Below, one piece after another: positions 8,745-17,290 of a stretch of 26,326 bases of DNA. Each line of letters starts with the position of its first letter. Position 1 is the first letter of the stretch. A program made the position numbers and the translations under genes. This DNA comes from Archangiaceae bacterium (GTDB lineage: Bacteria > Myxococcota > Myxococcia > Myxococcales > Myxococcaceae): assembly GCA_043750125.1 (NCBI GenBank), contig JAYVCD010000032.1:1-26326 (forward strand), written 5' to 3'. The notes under the pieces are model-generated. The model was not told the DNA's origin. It was given only the letters and a program-made list of their open reading frames with translations, and made no database searches.

Positions 8745-10100
8745 CCCAGCGATTGTTGAAGCGCAGCCCGCTGCCGGTCCCCGCCCAGACGGTGTGGGAC
8801 TGGCATGCGCAGGCCGACGCCTTCGCCCGCCTCAACCCCCCGTGGGATCCAGTCGAAGTTCTCGAGCGCACCGGCGGTCTGGAAGCCGGCGCCCGCACTG
8901 TGATTCGAATGAAGGTGGGCCCGGTGGATCAGACCTGGGTCGCGGTCCACACCCAGTGCGAGCCGAAAATCGTTTCAGGACACCCAGCAATCGGGGCCGT
9001 TCGCACGCTGGGTCCACACCCATCGCTTCCTCGATCAGGGCCCGAGCTCGATCCTCGAAGATGACCTCGAATTTGCGCTGCCACTGGGCGCCATCGGGGA
9101 GGCTTTTGCTGGAACGTTCACCCGTCGCGCGCTCGAGCAAGTCTTCGGTTACCGTCACCAGGTGACTGCCCTCGACCTCCAAAGACACGCCCGCTATTCC
9201 GGCCTTCCCCGCTTGAAGGTCGCGATCACCGGCGCAACGGGTTTGATCGGCACCGCGCTCTCGGCCTTCCTCACGACCGGGGGCCACGAGGTCCGGATGA
9301 TGCGGCGCGGTCGCAGCGGCGCCGAAATCGACGCCGCCGCGCTCGACGGCGCTGACGCGGTGGTGCACCTGGCCGGGGCAGGGGTCGCCGACGGCCGCTG
9401 GAGCAAAAATCGGAAAGAAGAGCTGGTCCGCAGCCGGGTCGATTTCACCCGCGCGCTGGTGCAGACGCTTCAGGCGATGCCCAGGCCGCCCAGGGTCCTG
9501 GTGTCCGGCTCGGCCATCGGGATCTATGGCGATCGCGGGGACGAAGAGCTCACCGAGCGCTCAGCCCCAGGTCCGCGCAAAGACAACCGAGGAGCCGCCT
9601 TCCTCTCGAAGCTGTGTGAAGACTGGGAAGCCGAAGCGACCCGGGCCCAGGCTCTTGGAATCCGCGTGGTGCTCGCGCGCACTGGCGTCGTGCTCACCGC
9701 CCGGGGTGGGGCCCTGGCGAAATTGTTGCCGTCGTTCAAGCTCGCAGCCGGGGGCCCAATCGCCGGCGGCAAACAGTGGATGAGCTGGATCTGCCTCGAA
9801 GACGCGATCGGTGCCCTGCACCACGCACTCTTCACCGATGCCCTACAGGGTCCAGTGAACCTGGTCTCGCCTCACCCCGTCACCAATGCCGATTTCAGCA
9901 AGACCCTTGGCGCAGTGCTTTCACGCCCCGCGGTCATGCCCGTCCCGGCGTTTGCGCTTCGCGTCGCATTCGGTGAGATGGCCGACGGCACGGTGCTGCC
10001 CAGTCAGCGCGTCCTGCCCACAGCTCTGCAGGCGTCGGGGTTTGCGTTCGTGCACCCCCAGCTGGAACAAACGCTGCGCTTTACCCTCGGCAAAACCTGA
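8741..10100 (+). pseudogene. SRPBCC + TIGR01777 (YfcH-like) NAD-dependent epimerase fusion interrupted by a frameshift near 8966-8969; epimerase part intact from about 9162
   Basis: The frame of 8741 gives TQRLLKRSPLPVPAQTVWDWHAQADAFARLNPPW...WVAVHTQCEP. The +1 frame from 8970 gives SFQDTQQSGPFARWVHTHRF...LEQVFGYRHQVTALDL and runs into KVAITGATGLIG, VVHLAG, SGSAIGIYG, GKQWMSWI and SQRVLP. Confidence 0.8.
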
Positions 10101-10312
10101 ATTTCGATGGCGTCGCGCCCGCGCTTTGCCGGCGTCAGCCCCTGAAATGGGCCTCAGCCATTCTTCATCTTCATTTCGTCAGCCGCCTTGTCGAGACGGC
10201 GCGGCGAAAGCTGCCGACGCGGCCCGGGAATCGAGTGGCTGACGTGCGGTCGCGAACGACCCGTTCGGCTCTGAATTCGGCTTTGGTTGCGGCGGTTGGC
10301 TAGTCTTGGAAA

Positions 10313-11074
10313 ATGGTGTCTTCAATCCTCACCGCAGCTCTGCTCACCGCCGCGCCCGACTTCGGGTTCGCCTTCTCGAACGACACCGGCGAAAAACTGC
10401 TCGCCCTCGAGCCGCTGGCGGCGCCCGCCGAGATGAAAAAGGTGAGCTGTGACGGAAAGGTGCTCAACGTGACGTACCTGTCCGAGCAATCCACAGGCGC
10501 AAAAGACACGGGCCGACAGTCCGCGCGCAACTTCAGCCAGGTGAAGGGCTCGCTCTTCAAAGTGATGAGCGGCCGGGTGCCCGCCGACACCCAGTGCCTG
10601 CTCGGCACCGACGCGGCCTTCGCTTCGCGCAAGGTGTTGCCAGTCACCGCGACTCGTTCGACGAAGTGCGATGGGAAGTCTGCGGCGCTGGCCGCGAAGG
10701 TGGGAAGGCGGAAGGTCGCCAATTGCTTCTCAACCGGCACGTTTCCCGGAGGCAAGCTCGCGTTCGTCAGCTTCGTCCGCAAGGGCCCCAGCGCGCTGGT
10801 GGGCGTCGTGCTCGAACCAGAGCCCGGCGCGCCCGCGATGCGCGCGTTCCCAGCAACGGTCGACCACGAGGCTCAGAGCTGCTGGCGCGTCGACGACGGC
10901 TGTCAGTTCGACGAGGCGAGCTACCGGGTGAAGTTCGTCATGACCGGCGCCGCTGGCCTTGAGCTCTTCGCGTTGTGGGGGGGAGCCGAAGGCGAGAACG
11001 CCGAGTTGCTGCGGGTGAAGGGCAAAGAGCTGTCAGCGGCGCTGAGCGCCAGTCGGTACTGGTCTGCGGAATAG
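10313..11074 (+). CDS. Hypothetical secreted protein (253 aa)
   Basis: Signal-like MVSSILTAALLTAA, several Cys pairs, GC3-rich codon usage; no family recognised. Confidence 0.7.
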   Translation: MVSSILTAALLTAAPDFGFAFSNDTGEKLLALEPLAAPAEMKKVSCDGKVLNVTYLSEQSTGAKDTGRQSARNFSQVKGSLFKVMSGRVPADTQCLLGTDAAFASRKVLPVTATRSTKCDGKSAALAAKVGRRKVANCFSTGTFPGGKLAFVSFVRKGPSALVGVVLEPEPGAPAMRAFPATVDHEAQSCWRVDDGCQFDEASYRVKFVMTGAAGLELFALWGGAEGENAELLRVKGKELSAALSASRYWSAE

Positions 11075-11131
11075 GGCGATCAGCATTCTTGATTGCTCGC
11101 GCCGCTGGCTGTGTCTCCCTCTGGTCATCGG

Positions 11132-11146
11132 GCGCAATTTTTGCGC
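11132..11146. promoter_or_regulatory. Inverted repeat GCGCAA-TTT-TTGCGC, candidate transcription factor site
   Basis: Perfect 6-bp dyad with an AT-rich spacer about 120 bp upstream of the response regulator gene. Confidence 0.3.
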
Positions 11147-11264
11147 TCTGCGGCCTGAATGCACCGCCAAGATGAGGCTCCTACATGCGCAGCCGCTCCC
11201 GTTTCGTGCATAGTTCGAAGGCTTTGGGCCCTGACGCCCAGGCCAAGGCTTCAGGCAATTCCAA

Positions 11265-11900
11265 ATGACGACCCCTCTCCTCGACGCGCTCTTCACCACG
11301 CATGACGCAGCACGGATTCTCGGAATCCACCCCTTCACCGTCGGCAGGTGGATCGACCTCGGGCTGCTCAAAGCCCACCGCACCGCCGGAGGTCACCGAC
11401 GCGTTCGCGGCCCCGACCTGCGCCGCTATCTGCTCGAGCACGACATGCCCGTGCCCCAGGATCTCGCCAATTCCGGAGGCACCCGGCTCAAGCTGCTGAT
11501 CGTCGACGATGAGCAACTGATGCTCAACGCGCTGAAACGCTCGTTCCGCCCGTTGGCCTCGGAAGTCGAGCTCACCGTCACCACCTCGGCCGTCGACGCG
11601 TTGCTGCTGCTCGCCGACATTCGCCCCGACGGAATGCTGATCGACATCAACATGCCCGATCTCGATGGCTTCGAAGTCTGTCGCCGGGTGCGCGCCTTCA
11701 AACCTCTTCAAGACGTGAAGCTGGTGGTGATGACCGCCCTCTACCGATCCGACATCGTCGGCAGTGCACTTCGTGCCGGAGCCGTCGCCTGTCTCGCCAA
11801 GCCCATCGACGTGAAGGAAGTCCTCGTGCTGATCGGTGGCGCCCAGCCTGCCGTCATTGGCGCACCGAAGACTGCCCGGCGCGGCCGCACCAGCCCCTGA
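11265..11900 (+). CDS. Response regulator with N-terminal excisionase/MerR-like HTH (HTH_17) and C-terminal receiver domain
   Basis: FTTHDAARILGIHPFTVGRWIDLGLLKAHRTAGGHRRV HTH; receiver residues IVDDE, IDINMP (phospho-Asp), VMTA and AKP are intact. Confidence 0.9.
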   Translation: MTTPLLDALFTTHDAARILGIHPFTVGRWIDLGLLKAHRTAGGHRRVRGPDLRRYLLEHDMPVPQDLANSGGTRLKLLIVDDEQLMLNALKRSFRPLASEVELTVTTSAVDALLLLADIRPDGMLIDINMPDLDGFEVCRRVRAFKPLQDVKLVVMTALYRSDIVGSALRAGAVACLAKPIDVKEVLVLIGGAQPAVIGAPKTARRGRTSP

Positions 11901-11901
11901 G

Positions 11902-12280
11902 TTACGAGCAGCCCGCGTCGAAATTGCTCGTCGGCCTCGGGCTGAACACCGCGCTGCCTCCAACACTGCAGCCGTTGACCGCGTTGATTCGCACCCGGCC
12001 CACGCCCGCGCCGCCGCCGCCTACTCCCGCCGGGTTCAACGAATGATTGTTTCCGGCAGTCGCGGCCACACTTCCCGTCGCGCGATTGGCTCCGCGGCCT
12101 CCCGCATTGAGGCTCGTGCCTCCCGTTGCGGCTTCGTCCTTTCGAACGTTCCCGCTCGATCCGTTCTGACCTCCGAAGAAGAGATCCGAGCCTTCTCCCC
12201 CAGAGCCCCCGTTGGCGGTGACCGCTCCGGTCGGGCCGACAATCACGAACAGCCCTTCGAGCAACACCCCTCCGCCTTCC
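11902..12280 (-). pseudogene. C-terminal remnant of a glycine-rich exported protein
   Basis: GGGVLLEG...VTANGGSGGEG...GGGGAGVGRVRIN...FSP..CS-stop, a typical Gly-rich C-terminus, with no plausible N-terminus or start of its own. Confidence 0.6.
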
Positions 12281-12635
12281 CCCCATGGGGACCTTCGAGC
12301 ACCCACGCCGTCCACAGCGTCCCGTCCGAATCGAACAGCCCGCGATTCGAGAAGTGCTGATTCGGCACGCTTCGGATTTTCAGCGCACCCAGGTTCAACG
12401 ACTGCCCCCAGTCGAGTTCGTGCACCTGGGTCAACCCCTGGCTCAGCAGGTACTCGCGCACCCCCAGGCCATAGAAAATTTACAGGTGGGGAAATTCGAC
12501 CTGCAGCCGCTTGAGGGTGTCGACATTGAGGTGGTCGTAGTGGTTGTGGCTGATCATTACCGCGTGAATCGGAGGAAGGTCTTCGAACTTGATCCCCGGC
12601 GGACGAACCCGATGCGGGCCGACGAACGTGGACGC
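12281..12635 (-). pseudogene. Internal fragment of an MBL-fold metallohydrolase (NAPE-PLD/RomA-like) with an in-frame stop
   Basis: FVGPHRVRPPGIKFEDLPPIHAVMISHNHYDHL...FPHL*IFYGLG...ELDWGQ...VPNQHFSNRGLFDSDGTLWTAWVL. HxHxDH motif present, TAA at 12480-12482, N- and C-termini missing. Confidence 0.85.
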
Positions 12636-12721
12636 GGGCAGGGGCCGGGCTTTTCCGGACTGGCACTTCGCCCCGCAATCGATCGTCGGGGCCCTTGCGC
12701 TCTGCGTTATGGTGCGCGCGC

Positions 12722-14284
12722 GTGACAGCGATCGCCAGCCACCCGGTGGGCGCCTTGCCTGCTCCTTCTCGGCAAGCGCTCGCGGTCGAGACCGAGCTCA
12801 AGACCTTGCTGGGCGGCCGCGTCTCGCACACCGATCAAGATCGCCTCAGCTACGCGCGCGACATGTGGCCGCTGGCACTGCTGTGGGTCCGGGCGGGGCG
12901 CACCCCGGCTCCTCCCGATTTGATCTGTTGGCCGAAGTCGGAAGCCGAAATCATCAGCGTCATTGCGCTGGGCCGCAAAGAGCGTCTGGCCCTCATTCCC
13001 TACGGAGCCGGCAGCGGGGTGTGTGGCGGCATCTGGGCCCTGCATGGGGGCATCACCCTCGATCTCAAGCGCCTGGATACCATCGGCGAAGTCGACGAGC
13101 GCCACCACACCGTCGACGTAGGCGCCGGAGTCATGGGCGAAACGCTCGAGCGGCGGCTCAACTCCCGGGGCTGGACCCTGGGCCATTTCCCCTCGTCCAT
13201 CTACATGTCCACCGTCGGCGGGTGGCTCGCGGCCCGCAGCGCCGGCCAGCTGTCGAGCAAGTACGGAAAAATCGAAGACATGGTGGCCTCGGTCACTTTC
13301 ATCACCGGCACCGGCGAGAAAATCGTCACCCCCGAACGGCCCTTCAGCGGCCCCGACCTGGCCCAGGTGCTGATCGGGTCGGAAGGGACCCTGGGGATCT
13401 TCACCTCGGCCCGGCTGCGCGTCTTTCCCCTCGCCACCGGGAAGGTGTTTCACGGCTTCGAATTCAAGAGCGTCCCCGACGGGCTCGAGGCGATTCGACA
13501 GATCTTCCGCGCCGGCCTTCGACCCGCGGTGGTGCGCCTTTATGATCCGTTCGACACCGCGATGGTCGGAAAGGGCAAACCCGCGACCGTCAAGGCCGAG
13601 CCCAGCGCGATTCGACGGCACCTCATCCCCGCCTTGCTTCGGGTCGTCGCGCCGCAAACCCTGGGGCGCCCGCAGATCTTCAACTCTGCCACCCGGCTGT
13701 TCGCCAAGAGCCGACTGATCTTGATGTTCGAAGGCGACGCGGCCCGGTGCGAAGAGGAAGACCGCGCCGCCCGCGCACTCTGCGCCGGGCTCGGGGCCAC
13801 GGATCTCGGCGAAGAGCCCGGCAAGCACTGGTACGCCAAGCGGTACGACGTGTCGTATCGAATGTCGAAGGTGATCGACGCCGGTGCGTTCGCCGACACG
13901 ATGGAAGTCGCGACCACCTGGGACAAGGTCTACCCGGTCTACGAGAAGGTCCGCGCCGCCGCGAGCCCCCACGCGTTCGTCCTCTGTCACTTTTCCCACG
14001 CGTACCTCGAAGGCTGCTCGCTCTACTTTTCGTTCGTCGGCTCGGCCGGCTCGCAAAGCCAGCTGCTCGAGAAGTACGACGCCCTATGGAGAGACGCGCT
14101 CTCGGCCGCAACCAGCGCCGGAGCCAACGTCAGTCACCACCACGGAATCGGGATCTTCAAGGCCCGCGCCCTTCAGGATTCTCTGAACGAGGGGCGGACT
14201 CTGCTCGCCGCGCTCAAGCGCCACTTCGACCCCGACGGGGTGATGAACCCCGGCAAGCTCGGCCTGAACGGAATGGCGACCTGA
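12722..14284 (+). CDS. FAD-binding oxidoreductase, alkyl-dihydroxyacetonephosphate synthase (ADPS/AGPS)-like (about 520 aa)
   Basis: PYGAGSGVCGG, GHFPSSIYMSTVGGWLAARSAGQLSSKYGKIEDM, IGSEGTLG, CHFSHAY and C-terminal SHHHGIG...MNPGKL. The HHH motif is typical of the ADPS branch rather than the GlcD EHG motif. GTG start at 12722 is inferred. Confidence 0.85.
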   Translation: MTAIASHPVGALPAPSRQALAVETELKTLLGGRVSHTDQDRLSYARDMWPLALLWVRAGRTPAPPDLICWPKSEAEIISVIALGRKERLALIPYGAGSGVCGGIWALHGGITLDLKRLDTIGEVDERHHTVDVGAGVMGETLERRLNSRGWTLGHFPSSIYMSTVGGWLAARSAGQLSSKYGKIEDMVASVTFITGTGEKIVTPERPFSGPDLAQVLIGSEGTLGIFTSARLRVFPLATGKVFHGFEFKSVPDGLEAIRQIFRAGLRPAVVRLYDPFDTAMVGKGKPATVKAEPSAIRRHLIPALLRVVAPQTLGRPQIFNSATRLFAKSRLILMFEGDAARCEEEDRAARALCAGLGATDLGEEPGKHWYAKRYDVSYRMSKVIDAGAFADTMEVATTWDKVYPVYEKVRAAASPHAFVLCHFSHAYLEGCSLYFSFVGSAGSQSQLLEKYDALWRDALSAATSAGANVSHHHGIGIFKARALQDSLNEGRTLLAALKRHFDPDGVMNPGKLGLNGMAT

Positions 14285-15294
14285 CCCCCGCGCTCGACAC
14301 CGCCCTGGGCGCCCTCGCCGTGCCTGGCCCCGCGGGGCCGACGCTCGTCCCGTCTTCCACCCGGCAGCTCACCGAGGCGCTGCAAATCCTCGCCTCTCAG
14401 GGGGCGTCCCTCAACAAGCACGTCCACCTCTCGCTCGGCGAGCTGAAGCAGGTGACGAAGATTTTGCCCCGCGCAGGAACAGTCGAGGTCGGCGGCGGTC
14501 TGGTGCTGGCCGCGCTCGACGCCGCGCTCGCCGCCCACCAGCTGACCCTCGGGCCGCTGTCCCCGCGCGCCCGGGCACTGACCCTCGCCGAGTTCCTCGA
14601 AGGCCCCGATGCCGGGCTGCGCGCGATTCCCGGCGGAGGTCGGCTCGAGCCAATGTGCCTTGCGATCACCGTCGTGCTGGCCGACGGCCGCGTCTACCGA
14701 TCTCACCCCAGCCCCCGAAGCGCCGCGGGCCCGGACCTCGTGGCGTTGATGCTCGGGGGCCAGCGCCGCCTGGGCGTGATTACCGAGGCGGTGGTGCGCT
14801 GCTTCCCGTTTGCTCCCGCCCGCCGCAACCAGGCGTTCAGCTTTCCTTCGGCCGATGCGTTCGTCTCTGCGCTGATGGCCTGTCTTGCCGACGGGGTGTG
14901 GTTCGAGTCGGTGCGGGTCGAGACCCGGTCTGATCGCGCCCAGGTCGAGCTCAACTGCCTGGGCACCGACGAAGCAGTCGAGCGTGACTTCAACACCATC
15001 GCCCGTCGCGCCTTCGATGTCGGCGGGCGCCCCGCCGGCCGGCTCACCGGGGAATTTCCCTTAGCCGATTCCAAAGGAAACCCGTGGGACGAACAGGAAG
15101 TGACCTGGGACGCGATTCGGATTTCGGTCGCCGCGTCCTCGCCGCTCGAGCTGCATCGCCTTTCGCTCGCGAGCGTGATCGCGCGCGGTGACATTGCGGG
15201 CTTGTCGCTCAGCCGCCCGGGGACCTGGAACGCTGCGTCGACTGCGCTCGCTGCTGCGATCGACCCCCACCGGGTCCTGGGAGGCCCTCCATGA
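14281..15294 (+). CDS. Degenerate FAD-binding oxidoreductase subunit (GlcE-like); start uncertain (CTG 14281 or GTG 14320)
   Basis: VEVGGGLVLAALDAAL, VVLADGRV...PRSAAGPDLVALMLGGQRRLGVITEA and C-terminal AAIDPHRVL. Stop overlaps the next ATG. Confidence 0.75.
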   Translation: MTPALDTALGALAVPGPAGPTLVPSSTRQLTEALQILASQGASLNKHVHLSLGELKQVTKILPRAGTVEVGGGLVLAALDAALAAHQLTLGPLSPRARALTLAEFLEGPDAGLRAIPGGGRLEPMCLAITVVLADGRVYRSHPSPRSAAGPDLVALMLGGQRRLGVITEAVVRCFPFAPARRNQAFSFPSADAFVSALMACLADGVWFESVRVETRSDRAQVELNCLGTDEAVERDFNTIARRAFDVGGRPAGRLTGEFPLADSKGNPWDEQEVTWDAIRISVAASSPLELHRLSLASVIARGDIAGLSLSRPGTWNAASTALAAAIDPHRVLGGPP

Positions 15295-16376
15295 CAACCC
15301 CGCTCGCAAAACATTCTCACGCGCTGACGATGTGCACCTACTGCCCCAAGGTGTGCCGCTTCTCCTGCCCCGTCTCAGAGGCCACCGCGAACGAGTCTCA
15401 CAGCGCCTGGGGAAAAATGACCACCGCCCACCAGGTCGCCCTCGGTCAACGGCGAATGGACGAGAGCGCCAGCAAGGCGATCCACGCCTGCACCGGGTGC
15501 GGCCGGTGCAAGAGCTTCTGCAAGCACGACAACGAAGTGGGAGACGCGCTGTTCGCCGCCCGTTCCATCGCCCGCGCCGAAGGACTGCAGCCCCAGGGCG
15601 CCGCCACCACCATGGCCACCTTCACCCAGTCCGGAAATCCTTTTGGCCAGTCGCTGGGCGAAGTGGTCGCGCGGTTCAAAGCCCAGACCCCGATGCGCTA
15701 CCCGCTGTTTCCCGGCTGCGGCACCCTGGTCAAGCGCACCGGGCTGATCGACGACGCGCTCACCGTGGCCAATGCCTTCGGCGCTCCGATGGGCGTTTGC
15801 AAGGCCAGCACCCGCTGCTGCGGCTACCCGCTGTACGCCGGGGGAGCCACCTTGCAGTTCGTCGAGCACGCGAAGTCTTTCGCCGCCACCCTCGAGCACT
15901 ACCCCGAGCTGGTGGTGATGGATCCCGGCTGCGCCCACACCCTGGCGGTCGTCTACCCGAAGTTCGAGATCAAGCTCCCCTCGCGCATTCGCACCCTCTA
16001 CGAAGTGCTCGCGGACAACCTTCCCCACGCGCCGATCAAGCCCCCGCTGGACGAGACCGTCGGCTACCACGACGCCTGTCACCTCGGCCGGGGCATGGGC
16101 CAGTACGAACAGCCGCGGGCGCTGCTGTGGCGAGCGGTGAGCCACGTGCTCGAGGCGCCCAGCAGCCGGGCCGAAGGGGGCTGCTCGGGCGGAGGCGGGC
16201 TGTTGCCGCGCACCATGCCTGAAGCCTCGGTCGAGATCGCGCGGCGGCAAGCGCTGGAAGTCTCTTCGGGTGGGCAGAGCGTGGTGACGGCGTGCGCCAC
16301 CTCGAAGCGGATGTTCGAACGGGCAGGCAAAAAAACGGAGGATCTGGTGTCCATCTTGCGGCGGTGGCTTGAATGA
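15291..16376 (+). CDS. (Fe-S)-binding oxidoreductase subunit, GlcF/GlpC/HdrB-like (ferredoxin-type clusters plus CCG domains)
   Basis: CTYCPKVCRFSCP, CTGCGRCKSFC, FPGC, RCCG, YHDACHLGR, GCSGGGG and TACATS. Confidence 0.9.
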   Translation: MTTPLAKHSHALTMCTYCPKVCRFSCPVSEATANESHSAWGKMTTAHQVALGQRRMDESASKAIHACTGCGRCKSFCKHDNEVGDALFAARSIARAEGLQPQGAATTMATFTQSGNPFGQSLGEVVARFKAQTPMRYPLFPGCGTLVKRTGLIDDALTVANAFGAPMGVCKASTRCCGYPLYAGGATLQFVEHAKSFAATLEHYPELVVMDPGCAHTLAVVYPKFEIKLPSRIRTLYEVLADNLPHAPIKPPLDETVGYHDACHLGRGMGQYEQPRALLWRAVSHVLEAPSSRAEGGCSGGGGLLPRTMPEASVEIARRQALEVSSGGQSVVTACATSKRMFERAGKKTEDLVSILRRWLE

Positions 16377-17290
16377 AGACTTTCTTCGTCGTCAATCCGG
16401 CCAGCGCCAACGGCACCACTGGGAAACGGTGGGCCGAGCTGCAGGGAAAGGTGGCGCGCGCGATCCCGGACTTCGATCACGCGTTCACCCAGCGCCCGAT
16501 GCACGCAGTCGAGCTGACGCGGGCGGCGATTCACAAGGGCTACGCGTGCGTGGTCGCCGTCGGTGGGGACGGCACCATCAACGAGGTCACCAACGGGTTT
16601 TTCGAAAACGGAAAGGTGATCAACCCCCAGGCGGCGCTGGGAGTCGTCTCGCGCGGCACCGGCGGCGATTTTCGAAAGACCTTCGGCTGGGACACCGACT
16701 TCGACCTCGCGCTGAAGCGGGTCGCCTCGGGCACCAACATTCCCTTCGATGTGGGCGAGCTCGAGTTCCGCGCCCACGATGGCCAGACCGGGCGCCGCTA
16801 CTTTGCGAACATCTGCAGCTTCGGCGTGTCCGGCGTCGTGGACCAGGAAGTCAACCGCACCAGCAAGCTGCTCGGGGGGAAGCTGTCGTTCATGTTCGCC
16901 TCGGCCAGGGCGATGATGAAGTACGACGATCGCAAGGTGCGCTTTTCCGCTGACGGAGGCCCCGAGGAAGAAGTCCTCGTCACCACCCTCGCGGTCGCCA
17001 ATGGAAAGTACTTCGGAGGGGGAATGAAGGTCGCTCCCGACGCCGAGGTGAACGACGGGCAGTTCGACGTGACCCTCTGGAGCGGCTACGGCCTGATGGA
17101 CTTCGCCCTCAAGCAGTCGAGCATCTACAGCGGTGAGCACGTCAACTGGGCCGGCACCCGCCGCCTGCGATGCAAGACCTTTACCGCCCAAAGCGCGCAG
17201 GAAGTGCTGATCGACTGCGACGGGGAACAGCCTGGAAAGCTGCCCTGCACGATGACGATTCTGCCCGCGGCAATTCAGCTGAGGACCTGA
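16373..17290 (+). CDS. Diacylglycerol/lipid kinase family protein (YegS/Rv2252/BmrU)
   Basis: VVNPASANG, VGGDGTINEV, RGTGGDF, ANGKYFGGGMKVAPDAEVNDGQFDV and DGE. Confidence 0.93.
   Translation: MKTFFVVNPASANGTTGKRWAELQGKVARAIPDFDHAFTQRPMHAVELTRAAIHKGYACVVAVGGDGTINEVTNGFFENGKVINPQAALGVVSRGTGGDFRKTFGWDTDFDLALKRVASGTNIPFDVGELEFRAHDGQTGRRYFANICSFGVSGVVDQEVNRTSKLLGGKLSFMFASARAMMKYDDRKVRFSADGGPEEEVLVTTLAVANGKYFGGGMKVAPDAEVNDGQFDVTLWSGYGLMDFALKQSSIYSGEHVNWAGTRRLRCKTFTAQSAQEVLIDCDGEQPGKLPCTMTILPAAIQLRT

Noticed and set aside
10154-10230. Minus-strand peptide ...RLDKAADEMKMKNG-stop as a gene remnant
   Set aside because: Too short, no start codon and no recognisable family.
11265-11430. Excisionase-like HTH as evidence of a prophage or integrative element
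   Set aside because: It is fused to a receiver domain, and there is no integrase, att site or phage gene nearby.
12661-12677. TGGCAC as a sigma-54 -24 element (also at about 4450)
   Set aside because: The downstream GC is not at the required GG-N10-GC spacing in either case.
11902-12831. 309-aa minus-strand ORF as a single real gene
   Set aside because: Only the last ~125 codons look protein-like. The 5' part is an off-frame reading of the MBL fragment and overlaps the start of the flavoprotein gene.
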